A DNA stretch of 64,000 bases, from assembly GCA_016928095.1 (NCBI GenBank), contig JAFGLL010000051.1:11779-75778 (forward strand), read 5' to 3'. This DNA comes from Thermoplasmatota archaeon (lineage in GTDB: Archaea > Thermoplasmatota > Penumbrarchaeia > Penumbrarchaeales > Penumbrarchaeaceae). Made by a program: the position numbers and the translations under genes. This document shows, piece after piece, positions 46,782-56,065 of the stretch. The notes beneath the pieces were generated by a model. It did not search any database. It worked only from the letters and a program-made list of their open reading frames with translations, and was not told the origin of the DNA. Every line of letters starts with the position of its first letter. Within the stretch, counting starts at the first letter, position 1.

Positions 46782-48425
46782 TCAGTGGGATAGCTTCCCT
46801 TTCTTTCCGCATTTTGGACAGGTGATGATGATAGGTCTCTTTGCGCTCTTGACCAGGATCTTCTCACTGCATCCCTTGCATTTCACTATCTTTGGTTTGT
46901 AATCGTCCTGGGAAGGTTCGGGTTCTTCTTCCTTTTCTTCCTCTGGAGGCTCCTCATCCAGATCTTCCTTCCCATGATCTCTTATGGGCTTCCTGATCAT
47001 GAACTGATTATCTTCATCTTCTTCCTTTTCCAAGATCGGGGACCTTCTCTTCTTCGGAACTGATATCTCCTCTTCCTCTTCATCTTCCTCGATGATCTTG
47101 ACCTTTTTCTTCATGGGTCTCTCGGACCTCTGCGACGGTATATCCTTTTCAAGCTCATAGATCCTGTCATTGAGGAGACGGATCTTCTTTTCATGGTCCT
47201 CAACTGTTATGTAACCGTCCTTTTTTCTCTCGAAGTCGTTCAATTCACCTTTCAGGGATGATTTCTCATTTTCAATGGCCCTGAGCTCTTCCTCTATCTC
47301 TTCCTTCATCTCGATTGACCTTGCTCGTTCCTTCTCGAAGAGCTTCTTCTCGTTCTCGATGTCCCTTCTGGCTGTCATGATCTCTTCTCGTTTCTTGTCG
47401 ATCTCTATCTGTTCCTTGATCAACGAATCCTTTTCGGATTTGAAGGCCTTGACCTCCTCCTTCAGCTCTATCTGTCTGTTCTCCAGTTTCTTCTCCCAGG
47501 ATTCAAGCTTTTCTTTGCCTTTCTCATATTCCCTGAACTCTATCCTGAACTTGTTGTATCTCTCCTGGAAATCATCCCATTCCCTCTCGTGTGATTTCCT
47601 GGTAGCATTGAATTCCTCGAAGTCCTGATCGAAAAGCTCTCTCTTTCGATCTATCGAATCGCTTTCCTTGTCAAGGAGTATTCTTTCCTTTTTCAGCTTT
47701 GCCTCTCTTTCTTTAAGTTCATCTTCGAACTTCTTGAATTCCTGCTTCTCCTCGAAGAACCTGTTCTCCCTATCTTCCTGTTCGACCTTCTCCCTTTCAA
47801 TGTTCTCCTTTTCCCTGACGATGTCGGACTTCTGTGAATCGAAGGTTGCCTTCTCCAACTCGATATCCCTCTTCATCTTCAGAAACTCGTCCCTTTCCTC
47901 TTCAAGGGATTTGATCTCCCTGAGGATGTCCTCCCTCTTGTCCATCAATTCCTTACGTTCCCTGCTGAGGCGCGCTTCCCTGGATTCAAGATCTTCCTTG
48001 TCGGCCTGGATGGAGATAAGGTTAGCCTTCACGAACTTCTCCATGAGCTCCAGCACTTTCGTTTCCTCGTCCACAAGGTCTCTTCTCTTTCTATTGACGG
48101 AATCATAGATGCTCTCGATCTCATCTTTCTTACCAAGGACGGCCTTCAACTCCTGGTCGAGGCGATACTGGTCAAGGTCCATCTCCTTTTTTCCGATGGG
48201 TTGCGATCTAACCTCAACAGCCTCCTCATCGATCTCCTCGATATCCACCTCCTCATGCATCTCTTCTGGTTCCGGTTCTTCCTCCACAACGACCGCTTTT
48301 TTCTTCGGGACGACGATCTCTTCTTCATCGTCCTCGAACTCGATCTTGGGAGCCATCTTCCTGCCCTTCTTTCTGATTTTTACATCATCATCGTCGGACC
48401 AGTCCACTTTGGATCTCTTAGGCAT
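46782..48425 (-). CDS. Long charged coiled-coil protein with C-terminal zinc ribbon
   Basis: About 330 aa of E/K/R-rich heptad-like sequence; no Walker motifs; ends CKGC..SAKRP..CPKCG; GGGGTG SD before ATG 48425. Confidence 0.8.
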   Translation of the reverse strand: MPKRSKVDWSDDDDVKIRKKGRKMAPKIEFEDDEEEIVVPKKKAVVVEEEPEPEEMHEEVDIEEIDEEAVEVRSQPIGKKEMDLDQYRLDQELKAVLGKKDEIESIYDSVNRKRRDLVDEETKVLELMEKFVKANLISIQADKEDLESREARLSRERKELMDKREDILREIKSLEEERDEFLKMKRDIELEKATFDSQKSDIVREKENIEREKVEQEDRENRFFEEKQEFKKFEDELKEREAKLKKERILLDKESDSIDRKRELFDQDFEEFNATRKSHEREWDDFQERYNKFRIEFREYEKGKEKLESWEKKLENRQIELKEEVKAFKSEKDSLIKEQIEIDKKREEIMTARRDIENEKKLFEKERARSIEMKEEIEEELRAIENEKSSLKGELNDFERKKDGYITVEDHEKKIRLLNDRIYELEKDIPSQRSERPMKKKVKIIEEDEEEEEISVPKKRRSPILEKEEDEDNQFMIRKPIRDHGKEDLDEEPPEEEKEEEPEPSQDDYKPKIVKCKGCSEKILVKSAKRPIIITCPKCGKKGKLSH

Positions 48426-48607
48426 GATATTCACCCCTTTATGAACGGAACGCACTATGCTATTCAAACCTTCATATAACAAGGATGTTATATATCTTTT
48501 TTCAGTGAATAACATCCATTGAGGATCGAGATATCGTTACACTTATCATCTTATTCCACCTATGGCTTCACCGATGTCCGATAATAAGGAAAAGGTTTTC
48601 ATGTCAT

Positions 48608-51600
48608 GTGACATGTGGTGAACGAGGAGTGTTGGACCGCTTGGCAGAATATCTGAACGGGCGTTATACCGATCCGAATGGTTTGGGCCGAAATATCGGG
48701 TTAGATCCCCGGGAAGGGATAGTCGTAGAATCCTCTCTGAGGCCCCTTATTGATGAAAAGAGCGGTTATGTCGTCCTGGGAAGAAGCAGCTCCGCTCACA
48801 AGAAATGGAGAAGGAAGGGATTGCTTCAGATCGGTGCTGTTGGGGAGTTGCAGGAAACCGGTGATAACCTTTTCGGAAGGGAGGTTTACATTGATGCAGC
48901 CTTCCCGCACATCATGTTCATCTGCGGTAAGAGAGGAAGCGGAAAATCCTATACCCTTGGTATCTTTGCAGAAGAGCTCATCAGGTCAGCCATAGGTGTC
49001 GGTGTCATACTCGTCGACCCTATCGGTATCTTCTGGTCCCTGAAGACGGAGAACACTTCCAGGTCCGAGAGAAAAGCACTTGAGAAATGGGGTTTGAACC
49101 CTACCTCGTTCCCTGAGGTAAAGGTCCTTGCGCCCGGAAACGACATCGGCATGCTGCCCGCCAATTGTGATGGACCCTATACCATAGGGGTCAGTGAGAT
49201 GACGGCAGAGGATTGGTGTCAGGTCTTTGACATGGACAGGTTCAAGACCCAGGGACTTCTTGTCGGGACCGCCATAGATCAGGTGAGATCGGGATACAAG
49301 GCCCTGATAGATGAAGCAATGATCGATATTCCATCCAGACCCCAACTTTTCTCTATAGGGGATATCATCCGATGTATGGAATTCTCATCGACGATCATCA
49401 GCAAGACAGGGGGATACAACCCGCAGACCAGGAGATCGGTGATCGCCAGGTTCACCGCTGCCGCGGGCTGGGGAATATTCAGCATCGAAGGCACACCACT
49501 CAGAGAACTCACATCACCGAACAGGGTGACCGTTCTTGATGTCAGCGATACGAACCTGGGAGATTCAAAACGAAGCCTCATCACCGGGATCATCGCCCGA
49601 AAGGTTCTCGAGGGAAGGATCAGATCGGCAAGGAAAGAGGAACATCACGGTTTCGATGAGACGGACCCCGAAATGATCCCACTGACATGGCTCCTGATAG
49701 ATGAAGCACATATCATCCTTCCACACAACAAACAGACACCTGCTTCGGAAGCTCTGATAGAATATGCCAAACAGGGCAGGAGACCGGGATGCGCCATGAT
49801 CCTTGCAACCCAGAGACCCGCCTCAACATCCGATGAGATCCTTTCACAGGTGGACATTCTTCTTGGCCACAACCTCGCCCTGGAGGACGACATGTCGGCC
49901 TTGAGGAGGAGGGTCCCGGCAAAACTCCCCCAGGAGTTCGCTGTTTCGGATTTCATCAGGGGTATACCCGTCGGGACCGCTATCGTCGCTGACCAGAAGA
50001 CACAGCAGAGGTCTTTCCTTGTTAGATTGAGACCACGATTATCCCATCATGCAGGGAGTTCCGCAATGCCAAAAGCATTTCAGGAGAAGAAAGGCAGAAT
50101 GAAGAGACCGATCCCTCTCACGGGAACTTATATTCCCAGGAATATGCCATCCGTCCTTGATCCTACCCCGGTCCCACGTTCTATCGATGACATAGGCGAA
50201 ATCGAAGAGATAGATGAAGATCCTTCTGTATCTGTTTCTCCTGTTTCGGAGGTGATCGCAGATGTCCCGGAAGATCTGGATATCATACCCGAAGGTCCTG
50301 TACCGGACCTTCCTTGGGGTTCGACGATCATTCTCAGGGACAGGTCGAAAGAGGACCTGGAAATGTTTTTGGGGAACGTTGAAGGTGCAACCGGGTTCAT
50401 GCTACTATCTGCCGATGATCCATCAAGGTTAAGTGTTCCATCAGGACCCAAGAGGGTGGACCGCTGGTTCTCGGAAACCGATTCATGTCCGATCCGGGAC
50501 CCAAACGGTCCGGAGATGGCTCTTTCCGCTATAGAGAACACCATCGGAGAAACAAGCTCATGGGTCGTGGTTATCGATCATGTCGAGAACATGTTCAAGG
50601 AACACCCCAAGGAAAAGATCAGGGGTATGTTGAAAGCACTGCATGACAGGGTATTCGAGGGGAAGCATCTTCTGGTGATCAGATGGGATGGTGAAGACCG
50701 GGAAGGAATGCTTCAAGGGATCTTTTCCGTCAAGGATGGGGTCGAAAAAGGACCGGGGCCGAGCATGAGGGACCGAAAGGAAGGCCTCATGCCCACCAAG
50801 ATCGTCCAAAACGGCTCATTGAGGGATGAAGAGCTCAGATGGATGTGCAACGTCATGGGACTTCCAACGGATGGCAACGATACAGAACTGCTGAACAGGT
50901 TGCTGGAATCAGGAAAGGGTATCCTTAACGAAAGCAGCGGGGATAATGTCAATATCGACCTGTTAAAACAGGTGATGCATGAGTCGACAAGGGCCAGAGA
51001 GGAGAACAATAGACTTCTTCAGAGGATCAAGGAGCTCGAATCGGAGATAGGTGTGGATACCCCCGCAGAACCTTTGAGAGAAATGCAAGTTGCTGAAAAA
51101 GGTATCAAGAAGGATAGGAAACTCGTGGTTGTTTGGGAAGATGAGGAGCAGCAACAGGGAAAGGTCGAGCAGTTCATCCAGGAAGTGGAAGACCTGAAGA
51201 GTGAGATAGAAAACGGGCCGATCGAAGGCTCTCCCGCAGAATTCAGTGACACCCTCTTTTCAAAATTGATGAACAAACTCGATGAGGAAAAGCTTGAGAA
51301 CCGAGAACGCCTGAAAAGGCTTGAGGAAATTCTCCAGAACGAGATGGATTCCTTCAGGGATGAGCTCGAATCTCAGAGAAAGAAAATGACAGCATCACGC
51401 AGGATACCAAAGCTCAGGGTCATCAAGGAAAAGCCTCCCCATATGGAACACACTGATGTGAAGAACAGGGTCCTGAAAAGGAAGGTCCTGAAAAGGGGGG
51501 AGGAAGTGGCGGCGGTATCCCCAAGAATAGAGACAAACCAAGCACTGGATATCGGGAAAAGGAACCTGAAAAGAAGTATCTTCAGGGGGCCAAAGGAATC

Positions 51601-52264
51601 CATTGATGATATCATACCCTATAACATATTGCTTTATCGATTTCTTGTAGGTTACAGAGGAGGATTGAGAAGGTCCGACAGGGAATCCGATGTGTTCATT
51701 GATTCCATTACGGGAGAGATCGTGGAACAGGGTAGGACCGGGCTCAGGAGGAGCGAGGGCCTGCCATGCCTCCTCAGGATGACCGATCTGGAGATGGACG
51801 TTTTCGCAGTATTGACCACATCACCGAAAGAGCCGTCATGGATATCCAAAGCTTCCGGCATAGACGTTGCTCGGGTTAAAAGGTCTCTGTCATCTCTCGA
51901 GAAAAAAGGACTTGTAAGGAGGGTCCGAATAGAAGGTAACCTTGACCTTTTTTCGATAGGGGACAATATCAAGATCCCTTCAAGACCTTGGGTGAGGGAC
52001 CATGGATTTGAACCAGCTTTCGTGATATGTAAAGGTGAGAGGATACTGACCCCGAGGATAACGGTTAATGATGCACGGACCGTGATCGAGAGATTATCTC
52101 GCCAGATAGATATCATAGAACAGGATACCGTTAGATATCCGATCCATGTGATAAAGATCAGGGGTGAGGGTCGAACTAGATATATCGCCGTAGATGGATT
52201 CGGGGGCAGGTTGGACAGAAGGATCTCCAATATCCTCAAAAACATCATCGAGGGCGGCAATTAG
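48608..52264 (+). CDS. HerA/FtsK-superfamily ATPase (DUF87/COG0433-like) fused to DUF835-like, SAP-like, coiled-coil and wHTH modules
   Basis: GKRGSGKSYT (Walker A); LVDPIG; LLIDEAH (Walker B); ILATQRP; VVIDHVENMF; EELRWMCNVMGLPTDGNDTELLNRLL; KRSLSSLEKKGLV. Confidence 0.85.
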   Translation: MTCGERGVLDRLAEYLNGRYTDPNGLGRNIGLDPREGIVVESSLRPLIDEKSGYVVLGRSSSAHKKWRRKGLLQIGAVGELQETGDNLFGREVYIDAAFPHIMFICGKRGSGKSYTLGIFAEELIRSAIGVGVILVDPIGIFWSLKTENTSRSERKALEKWGLNPTSFPEVKVLAPGNDIGMLPANCDGPYTIGVSEMTAEDWCQVFDMDRFKTQGLLVGTAIDQVRSGYKALIDEAMIDIPSRPQLFSIGDIIRCMEFSSTIISKTGGYNPQTRRSVIARFTAAAGWGIFSIEGTPLRELTSPNRVTVLDVSDTNLGDSKRSLITGIIARKVLEGRIRSARKEEHHGFDETDPEMIPLTWLLIDEAHIILPHNKQTPASEALIEYAKQGRRPGCAMILATQRPASTSDEILSQVDILLGHNLALEDDMSALRRRVPAKLPQEFAVSDFIRGIPVGTAIVADQKTQQRSFLVRLRPRLSHHAGSSAMPKAFQEKKGRMKRPIPLTGTYIPRNMPSVLDPTPVPRSIDDIGEIEEIDEDPSVSVSPVSEVIADVPEDLDIIPEGPVPDLPWGSTIILRDRSKEDLEMFLGNVEGATGFMLLSADDPSRLSVPSGPKRVDRWFSETDSCPIRDPNGPEMALSAIENTIGETSSWVVVIDHVENMFKEHPKEKIRGMLKALHDRVFEGKHLLVIRWDGEDREGMLQGIFSVKDGVEKGPGPSMRDRKEGLMPTKIVQNGSLRDEELRWMCNVMGLPTDGNDTELLNRLLESGKGILNESSGDNVNIDLLKQVMHESTRAREENNRLLQRIKELESEIGVDTPAEPLREMQVAEKGIKKDRKLVVVWEDEEQQQGKVEQFIQEVEDLKSEIENGPIEGSPAEFSDTLFSKLMNKLDEEKLENRERLKRLEEILQNEMDSFRDELESQRKKMTASRRIPKLRVIKEKPPHMEHTDVKNRVLKRKVLKRGEEVAAVSPRIETNQALDIGKRNLKRSIFRGPKESIDDIIPYNILLYRFLVGYRGGLRRSDRESDVFIDSITGEIVEQGRTGLRRSEGLPCLLRMTDLEMDVFAVLTTSPKEPSWISKASGIDVARVKRSLSSLEKKGLVRRVRIEGNLDLFSIGDNIKIPSRPWVRDHGFEPAFVICKGERILTPRITVNDARTVIERLSRQIDIIEQDTVRYPIHVIKIRGEGRTRYIAVDGFGGRLDRRISNILKNIIEGGN

Positions 52265-52322
52265 ATTAGGAAAAGGTTTTATCCAAAGACCGGTTGGCCT
52301 TAATCAGGGCAGGTGCAGATCG

Positions 52323-53237
52323 TTGGCAAGGAGAAGGATAGTCCACGAGGAAGAGCCGGAGGCCGAGAAGGAGAAGAGACCATCCTTCAAACCAACGGAA
52401 TTCAATGAGACCGAATTCCTGCAGACCGAGAACAAATCTGCAAAGATGATCTACATCTCTCTTGGGGTTGCGGTGGTCGCAGGGATAGTCTCGTTCGGAC
52501 TTATGAGACTTTTCTATGCTCTGGATACGGGTTTGCATTTCATTATTCCTGTGGTATCACCGGTTGCATTCGCTGTCCTTGTGATATATCTATTTCACAG
52601 GTTCGGGATCAATGTAAGGACCCTGGAATGGAAGAAATGGCTCGAGAACGGTTTCATGTACCTGCTTGCATGGTTCGTCATTTGGATGCTTTCCATGAAC
52701 CCTCCGATAAGCGACTTCTCGGATCCGCAGATACAGGAGCCCGTGATGGAGCTCAAGACCGTTGAGGGACGCAACTTCACCTATTTTCTGGGAGCGCTCT
52801 ATATCAACAATGAGGTCACCGATTCCTATACACCGAGCGTGGAGCTAGATGATATCGACCAGGTCCTGATATATTCGGTCCTCACGGACAACAACAAGGT
52901 CCACAGCGATATAGAGGTCTATTACAAATTGGATGGATCAGACGTTTTGATACAGGACCCTGCATCCGTTGGGATATATGTTGAAAAGGACATCCTGTTC
53001 GAACCGAAAGAAGACCTCGAGGACAGTATAGACGAAACATGGCTCCAGACGGACCCGAAAGCATGGGATGATGATCTTTGGACCGTTCTTTTGGAGATGA
53101 AGGAAGTGAGGAACGGAACACTGTCTTGGAACAACGGGTCAGCATTGAATGAGCTTGACATGAAGATCGTTTACAGAGCGTGGGATTCCTGGGGCAACGA
53201 TGCGGACAGGGAGTTCACTTTCAAGATAGCTCTTTGA
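52323..53237 (+). CDS. Hypothetical membrane protein (3-4 N-terminal TMs, C-terminal extracellular beta domain)
   Basis: TTG start with AGGTG SD; hydrophobic helices; same strand and 58 nt downstream of the HerA-like gene. Confidence 0.65.
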   Translation: MARRRIVHEEEPEAEKEKRPSFKPTEFNETEFLQTENKSAKMIYISLGVAVVAGIVSFGLMRLFYALDTGLHFIIPVVSPVAFAVLVIYLFHRFGINVRTLEWKKWLENGFMYLLAWFVIWMLSMNPPISDFSDPQIQEPVMELKTVEGRNFTYFLGALYINNEVTDSYTPSVELDDIDQVLIYSVLTDNNKVHSDIEVYYKLDGSDVLIQDPASVGIYVEKDILFEPKEDLEDSIDETWLQTDPKAWDDDLWTVLLEMKEVRNGTLSWNNGSALNELDMKIVYRAWDSWGNDADREFTFKIAL

Positions 53238-53316
53238 GGTCCTGTCATGGAAATCGGTCCATAAAGCTTAATACAGGCAAAGGTAGTAATCCGATGTAAG
53301 CCAGGTGGTTCCATTA

Positions 53317-54867
53317 ATGACCTCGAAGAATACCAAAGGGATCGACAATACGGTAACCGAAGAGGATTGGGACCTTTGGGAAGAGGAGGATGACATCATA
53401 GACGATGATGAGGAAGAAGAGGAGACCCCTGATGCCATCGAGGAACCCGATAGGAAGGTTCCTGACAAAGGAAAGCGGAAAAAAAAGCCGGGAAGTAATG
53501 GTATGGACCCGAAAGCAAAGAAAGGGATGATATGGGCGGTCAGGGTATTCGTCATCATTATCGTGGTAATTCTTCTTTTTGCACCCGGTTTTCCTTTTCA
53601 TGACATCAGGGAGACGACCGGTATCAATTCATTGAAGAACCTCATGAAGCCATTTTTGCCCTTCCCGGAATGGACGAACGTAAGCGTTACGTTGGCATAT
53701 GATGTCGTGGTTTCCGGCGGTAGAGCGACCGAAATAGAGATCCATGTAGCAACCCCATTCGATATTCCCTTCGACCCCGGTCCGGGGAAGACAAGGGATT
53801 ATTTGATACAGGATGTACAGAACGTTCAGTTCACCCCGTCCAGTAATATGGCGATCAATGATTGGAACACCGAAAAGAACGTCATTTCCGGATGGGTCAT
53901 CAACAATATCAGAGGAGAATTCAGGTATGAGGTCACCATCGACATGACCCTCCACGCATACCAATGGGACATAGACGAAGAAGATTCGGGCACTCTTCAG
54001 GAGATACCCGTTGAATATGTTGACCGATACTGTGTGAACGCTTGGGCCGTCAAGGACGATGACGGAACGATCGAGCATTACAGATACGAGCCTCTTGACC
54101 CTGTGATCAAAAGAACCGCGGAACAATTGACCAGCGATGAACCGACCGTCCTTGGGAAAGTAAAGGCGATTTTTGAATGGATGGAGGACCATTTCAACTA
54201 TACTTCTCCCGAAGAGAGACAGAGGGACAGATTGGTCTACGGTGATTATCCCAAATGGGCAACGGGGTGTCTCTCCGATTGGTACGGTGACTGCGACGAT
54301 CAATCGTTGCTGATGGCATCTCTATGCAGGGCTGTCGGCATACCTGCCTGGTTGGAGATCGGTTATCTTTATGACCCGAGCCCTACCAATGAGGACCCTA
54401 CCCAGAAATGGGGAGGCCACGGTTGGTTCAGCGTTCTCATACCGCTCAAGGATAGCGACGATTTCGTTATAGCGAACATAGACCCTGTCAACCACGAGTT
54501 CCTGTTCCGGGACCCGTACAGGTTCACCGATTGGGTCGATGATGGAACATACATGAACGTGAACGGAGAGGATGTCTACAATCTTGACTACTACTACAAT
54601 TATTTCAGTTCATCTGCACCGTCCGGTGTGGTCGTTGATCCGAGCCCCAGCACCATAAGCAACAGTTTCGAGAGGCACGGATCGATCAAGGTCTATACGG
54701 ACAGACCGCTGACCGATGGAAATCTACCAGGGACACAACAGCAGTTTTCCAGCCTCCCTACCCCGTCCCCACTTCTACTGGCACCCCTATCACTTCTATT
54801 TCTGGCGGTTCCGATCAGAAGGGCTTTTCTGAAGAGGGACCAATGTTCAGATGGTAGTGAACATTAA
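53317..54867 (+). CDS. Membrane-anchored transglutaminase-like domain protein
   Basis: GDCDDQSLLMASLCRAVGIPA (Cys); GHGW (His); IDP (Asp); acidic N-terminus followed by a TM. Confidence 0.85.
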   Translation: MTSKNTKGIDNTVTEEDWDLWEEEDDIIDDDEEEEETPDAIEEPDRKVPDKGKRKKKPGSNGMDPKAKKGMIWAVRVFVIIIVVILLFAPGFPFHDIRETTGINSLKNLMKPFLPFPEWTNVSVTLAYDVVVSGGRATEIEIHVATPFDIPFDPGPGKTRDYLIQDVQNVQFTPSSNMAINDWNTEKNVISGWVINNIRGEFRYEVTIDMTLHAYQWDIDEEDSGTLQEIPVEYVDRYCVNAWAVKDDDGTIEHYRYEPLDPVIKRTAEQLTSDEPTVLGKVKAIFEWMEDHFNYTSPEERQRDRLVYGDYPKWATGCLSDWYGDCDDQSLLMASLCRAVGIPAWLEIGYLYDPSPTNEDPTQKWGGHGWFSVLIPLKDSDDFVIANIDPVNHEFLFRDPYRFTDWVDDGTYMNVNGEDVYNLDYYYNYFSSSAPSGVVVDPSPSTISNSFERHGSIKVYTDRPLTDGNLPGTQQQFSSLPTPSPLLLAPLSLLFLAVPIRRAFLKRDQCSDGSEH

Positions 54868-54894
54868 TAATACACCATACCATTCGAGAGGACC

Positions 54895-55386
54895 ATGCAT
54901 CATCAACTGCAGATAGACGGTTGGAGGTCGAACATTCGTTTCTCCTCATGCCATATGCTCCTGAGGCATGACAAATGCTCACGTCTCCACGGACATTCCT
55001 ATGCCATCCATCTGAAAGTGACAGGAGAACTTGATGAGAACCATATGCTTGCTGATTTCGGAGACATGAAGAAAGCCCTGAGGTCCATCGCAGATGGGCT
55101 TGACCATCGTATCATCCTTCCCACACGGAACCCGGAGATCCTGATATTGGAGAATGAAGCGGAAGGGAGTGTCACCGTTGACATGCAGGGGAAAAGATAT
55201 GTTTTCCCTGTTTGTGATATCGTCAAGGTTCCCATTACCACCACCACCGTGGAAGAACTATCGAACCATCTGCTCGGAAGGTTCCTGGAGACAGCGAAAA
55301 TACCTCAAGGCGTGTTGGAGGTCTCCCTGGGTGTGGATGAAGGCCAGGGTCAGGGTGCCTGGTCCACAAGAATGGTACGGGAGTGA
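54895..55386 (+). CDS. queD: 6-carboxy-5,6,7,8-tetrahydropterin synthase
   Basis: FSSCH; KCSRLHGHSY; DFG; LDH; TTVEEL. Confidence 0.9.
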   Translation: MHHQLQIDGWRSNIRFSSCHMLLRHDKCSRLHGHSYAIHLKVTGELDENHMLADFGDMKKALRSIADGLDHRIILPTRNPEILILENEAEGSVTVDMQGKRYVFPVCDIVKVPITTTTVEELSNHLLGRFLETAKIPQGVLEVSLGVDEGQGQGAWSTRMVRE

Positions 55387-55390
55387 TATC

Positions 55391-56065
55391 TTGAAGGCCG
55401 TCGTGCTGCTTTCGGGAGGAATAGATTCGAGCACAACCATGGCCATTGCGGGATCGATGGGATATGAATGTTATGCGCTCACCATCAGATACGGCCAGAT
55501 ACATGATCGTGAGGTCATGTCCGCAAGGAATATCGCTGTATCCCTCAAAGTGAAGGAGCACCGGGTGATAGAGCTCCCTGAAGGGATGTTCACGGGTAGT
55601 GCATTGCTCGGGGATGGTGAGATCCCACTCGACAGGGATGTGGGGTCGACAGAGGGTATTCCCGACACCTATGTTCCGGCAAGGAACCTGATATTCTTGT
55701 CCATAGCTTCCGGATGGGCAGAGGTCCTGGATGCGGATGCGGTTTTCATAGGGGCAACGGCCATGGATTATTCCGGATATCCTGACTGCAGGCCCGAGTT
55801 CTTGAGGTCTTTTCAGAGCACACTCGATCTTGCGACCAGAAAAGGGGTCCAGGGAGGGTCCATCAAGGTGTTGGCACCTCTCCTGGACCTTAAAAAGAGC
55901 ATGATAATCCAGAAAGGTATCGATCTTGGTCTCGACCTCTCCCTTACCTGGTCCTGCTACCAGGGTGGTGAGAAAGCCTGCGGAAGATGCGATTCTTGTC
56001 TGTTCAGACTTCGGGGTTTCAAAGAGCTTGGGTTAAAAGACCCTGTGAAATATGAAAAGGTGTGA
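55391..56065 (+). CDS. queC: 7-cyano-7-deazaguanine (preQ0) synthase
   Basis: SGGIDS; YGQ; TYVPARN; YSGYPDCRPEF; TWSCY..CGRCDSC; TTG start. Confidence 0.97.
   Translation: MKAVVLLSGGIDSSTTMAIAGSMGYECYALTIRYGQIHDREVMSARNIAVSLKVKEHRVIELPEGMFTGSALLGDGEIPLDRDVGSTEGIPDTYVPARNLIFLSIASGWAEVLDADAVFIGATAMDYSGYPDCRPEFLRSFQSTLDLATRKGVQGGSIKVLAPLLDLKKSMIIQKGIDLGLDLSLTWSCYQGGEKACGRCDSCLFRLRGFKELGLKDPVKYEKV

Noticed and set aside
46782-48515. SMC/Rad50 assignment for the coiled-coil protein
   Set aside because: No Walker A/B, signature motif, hinge or central zinc hook
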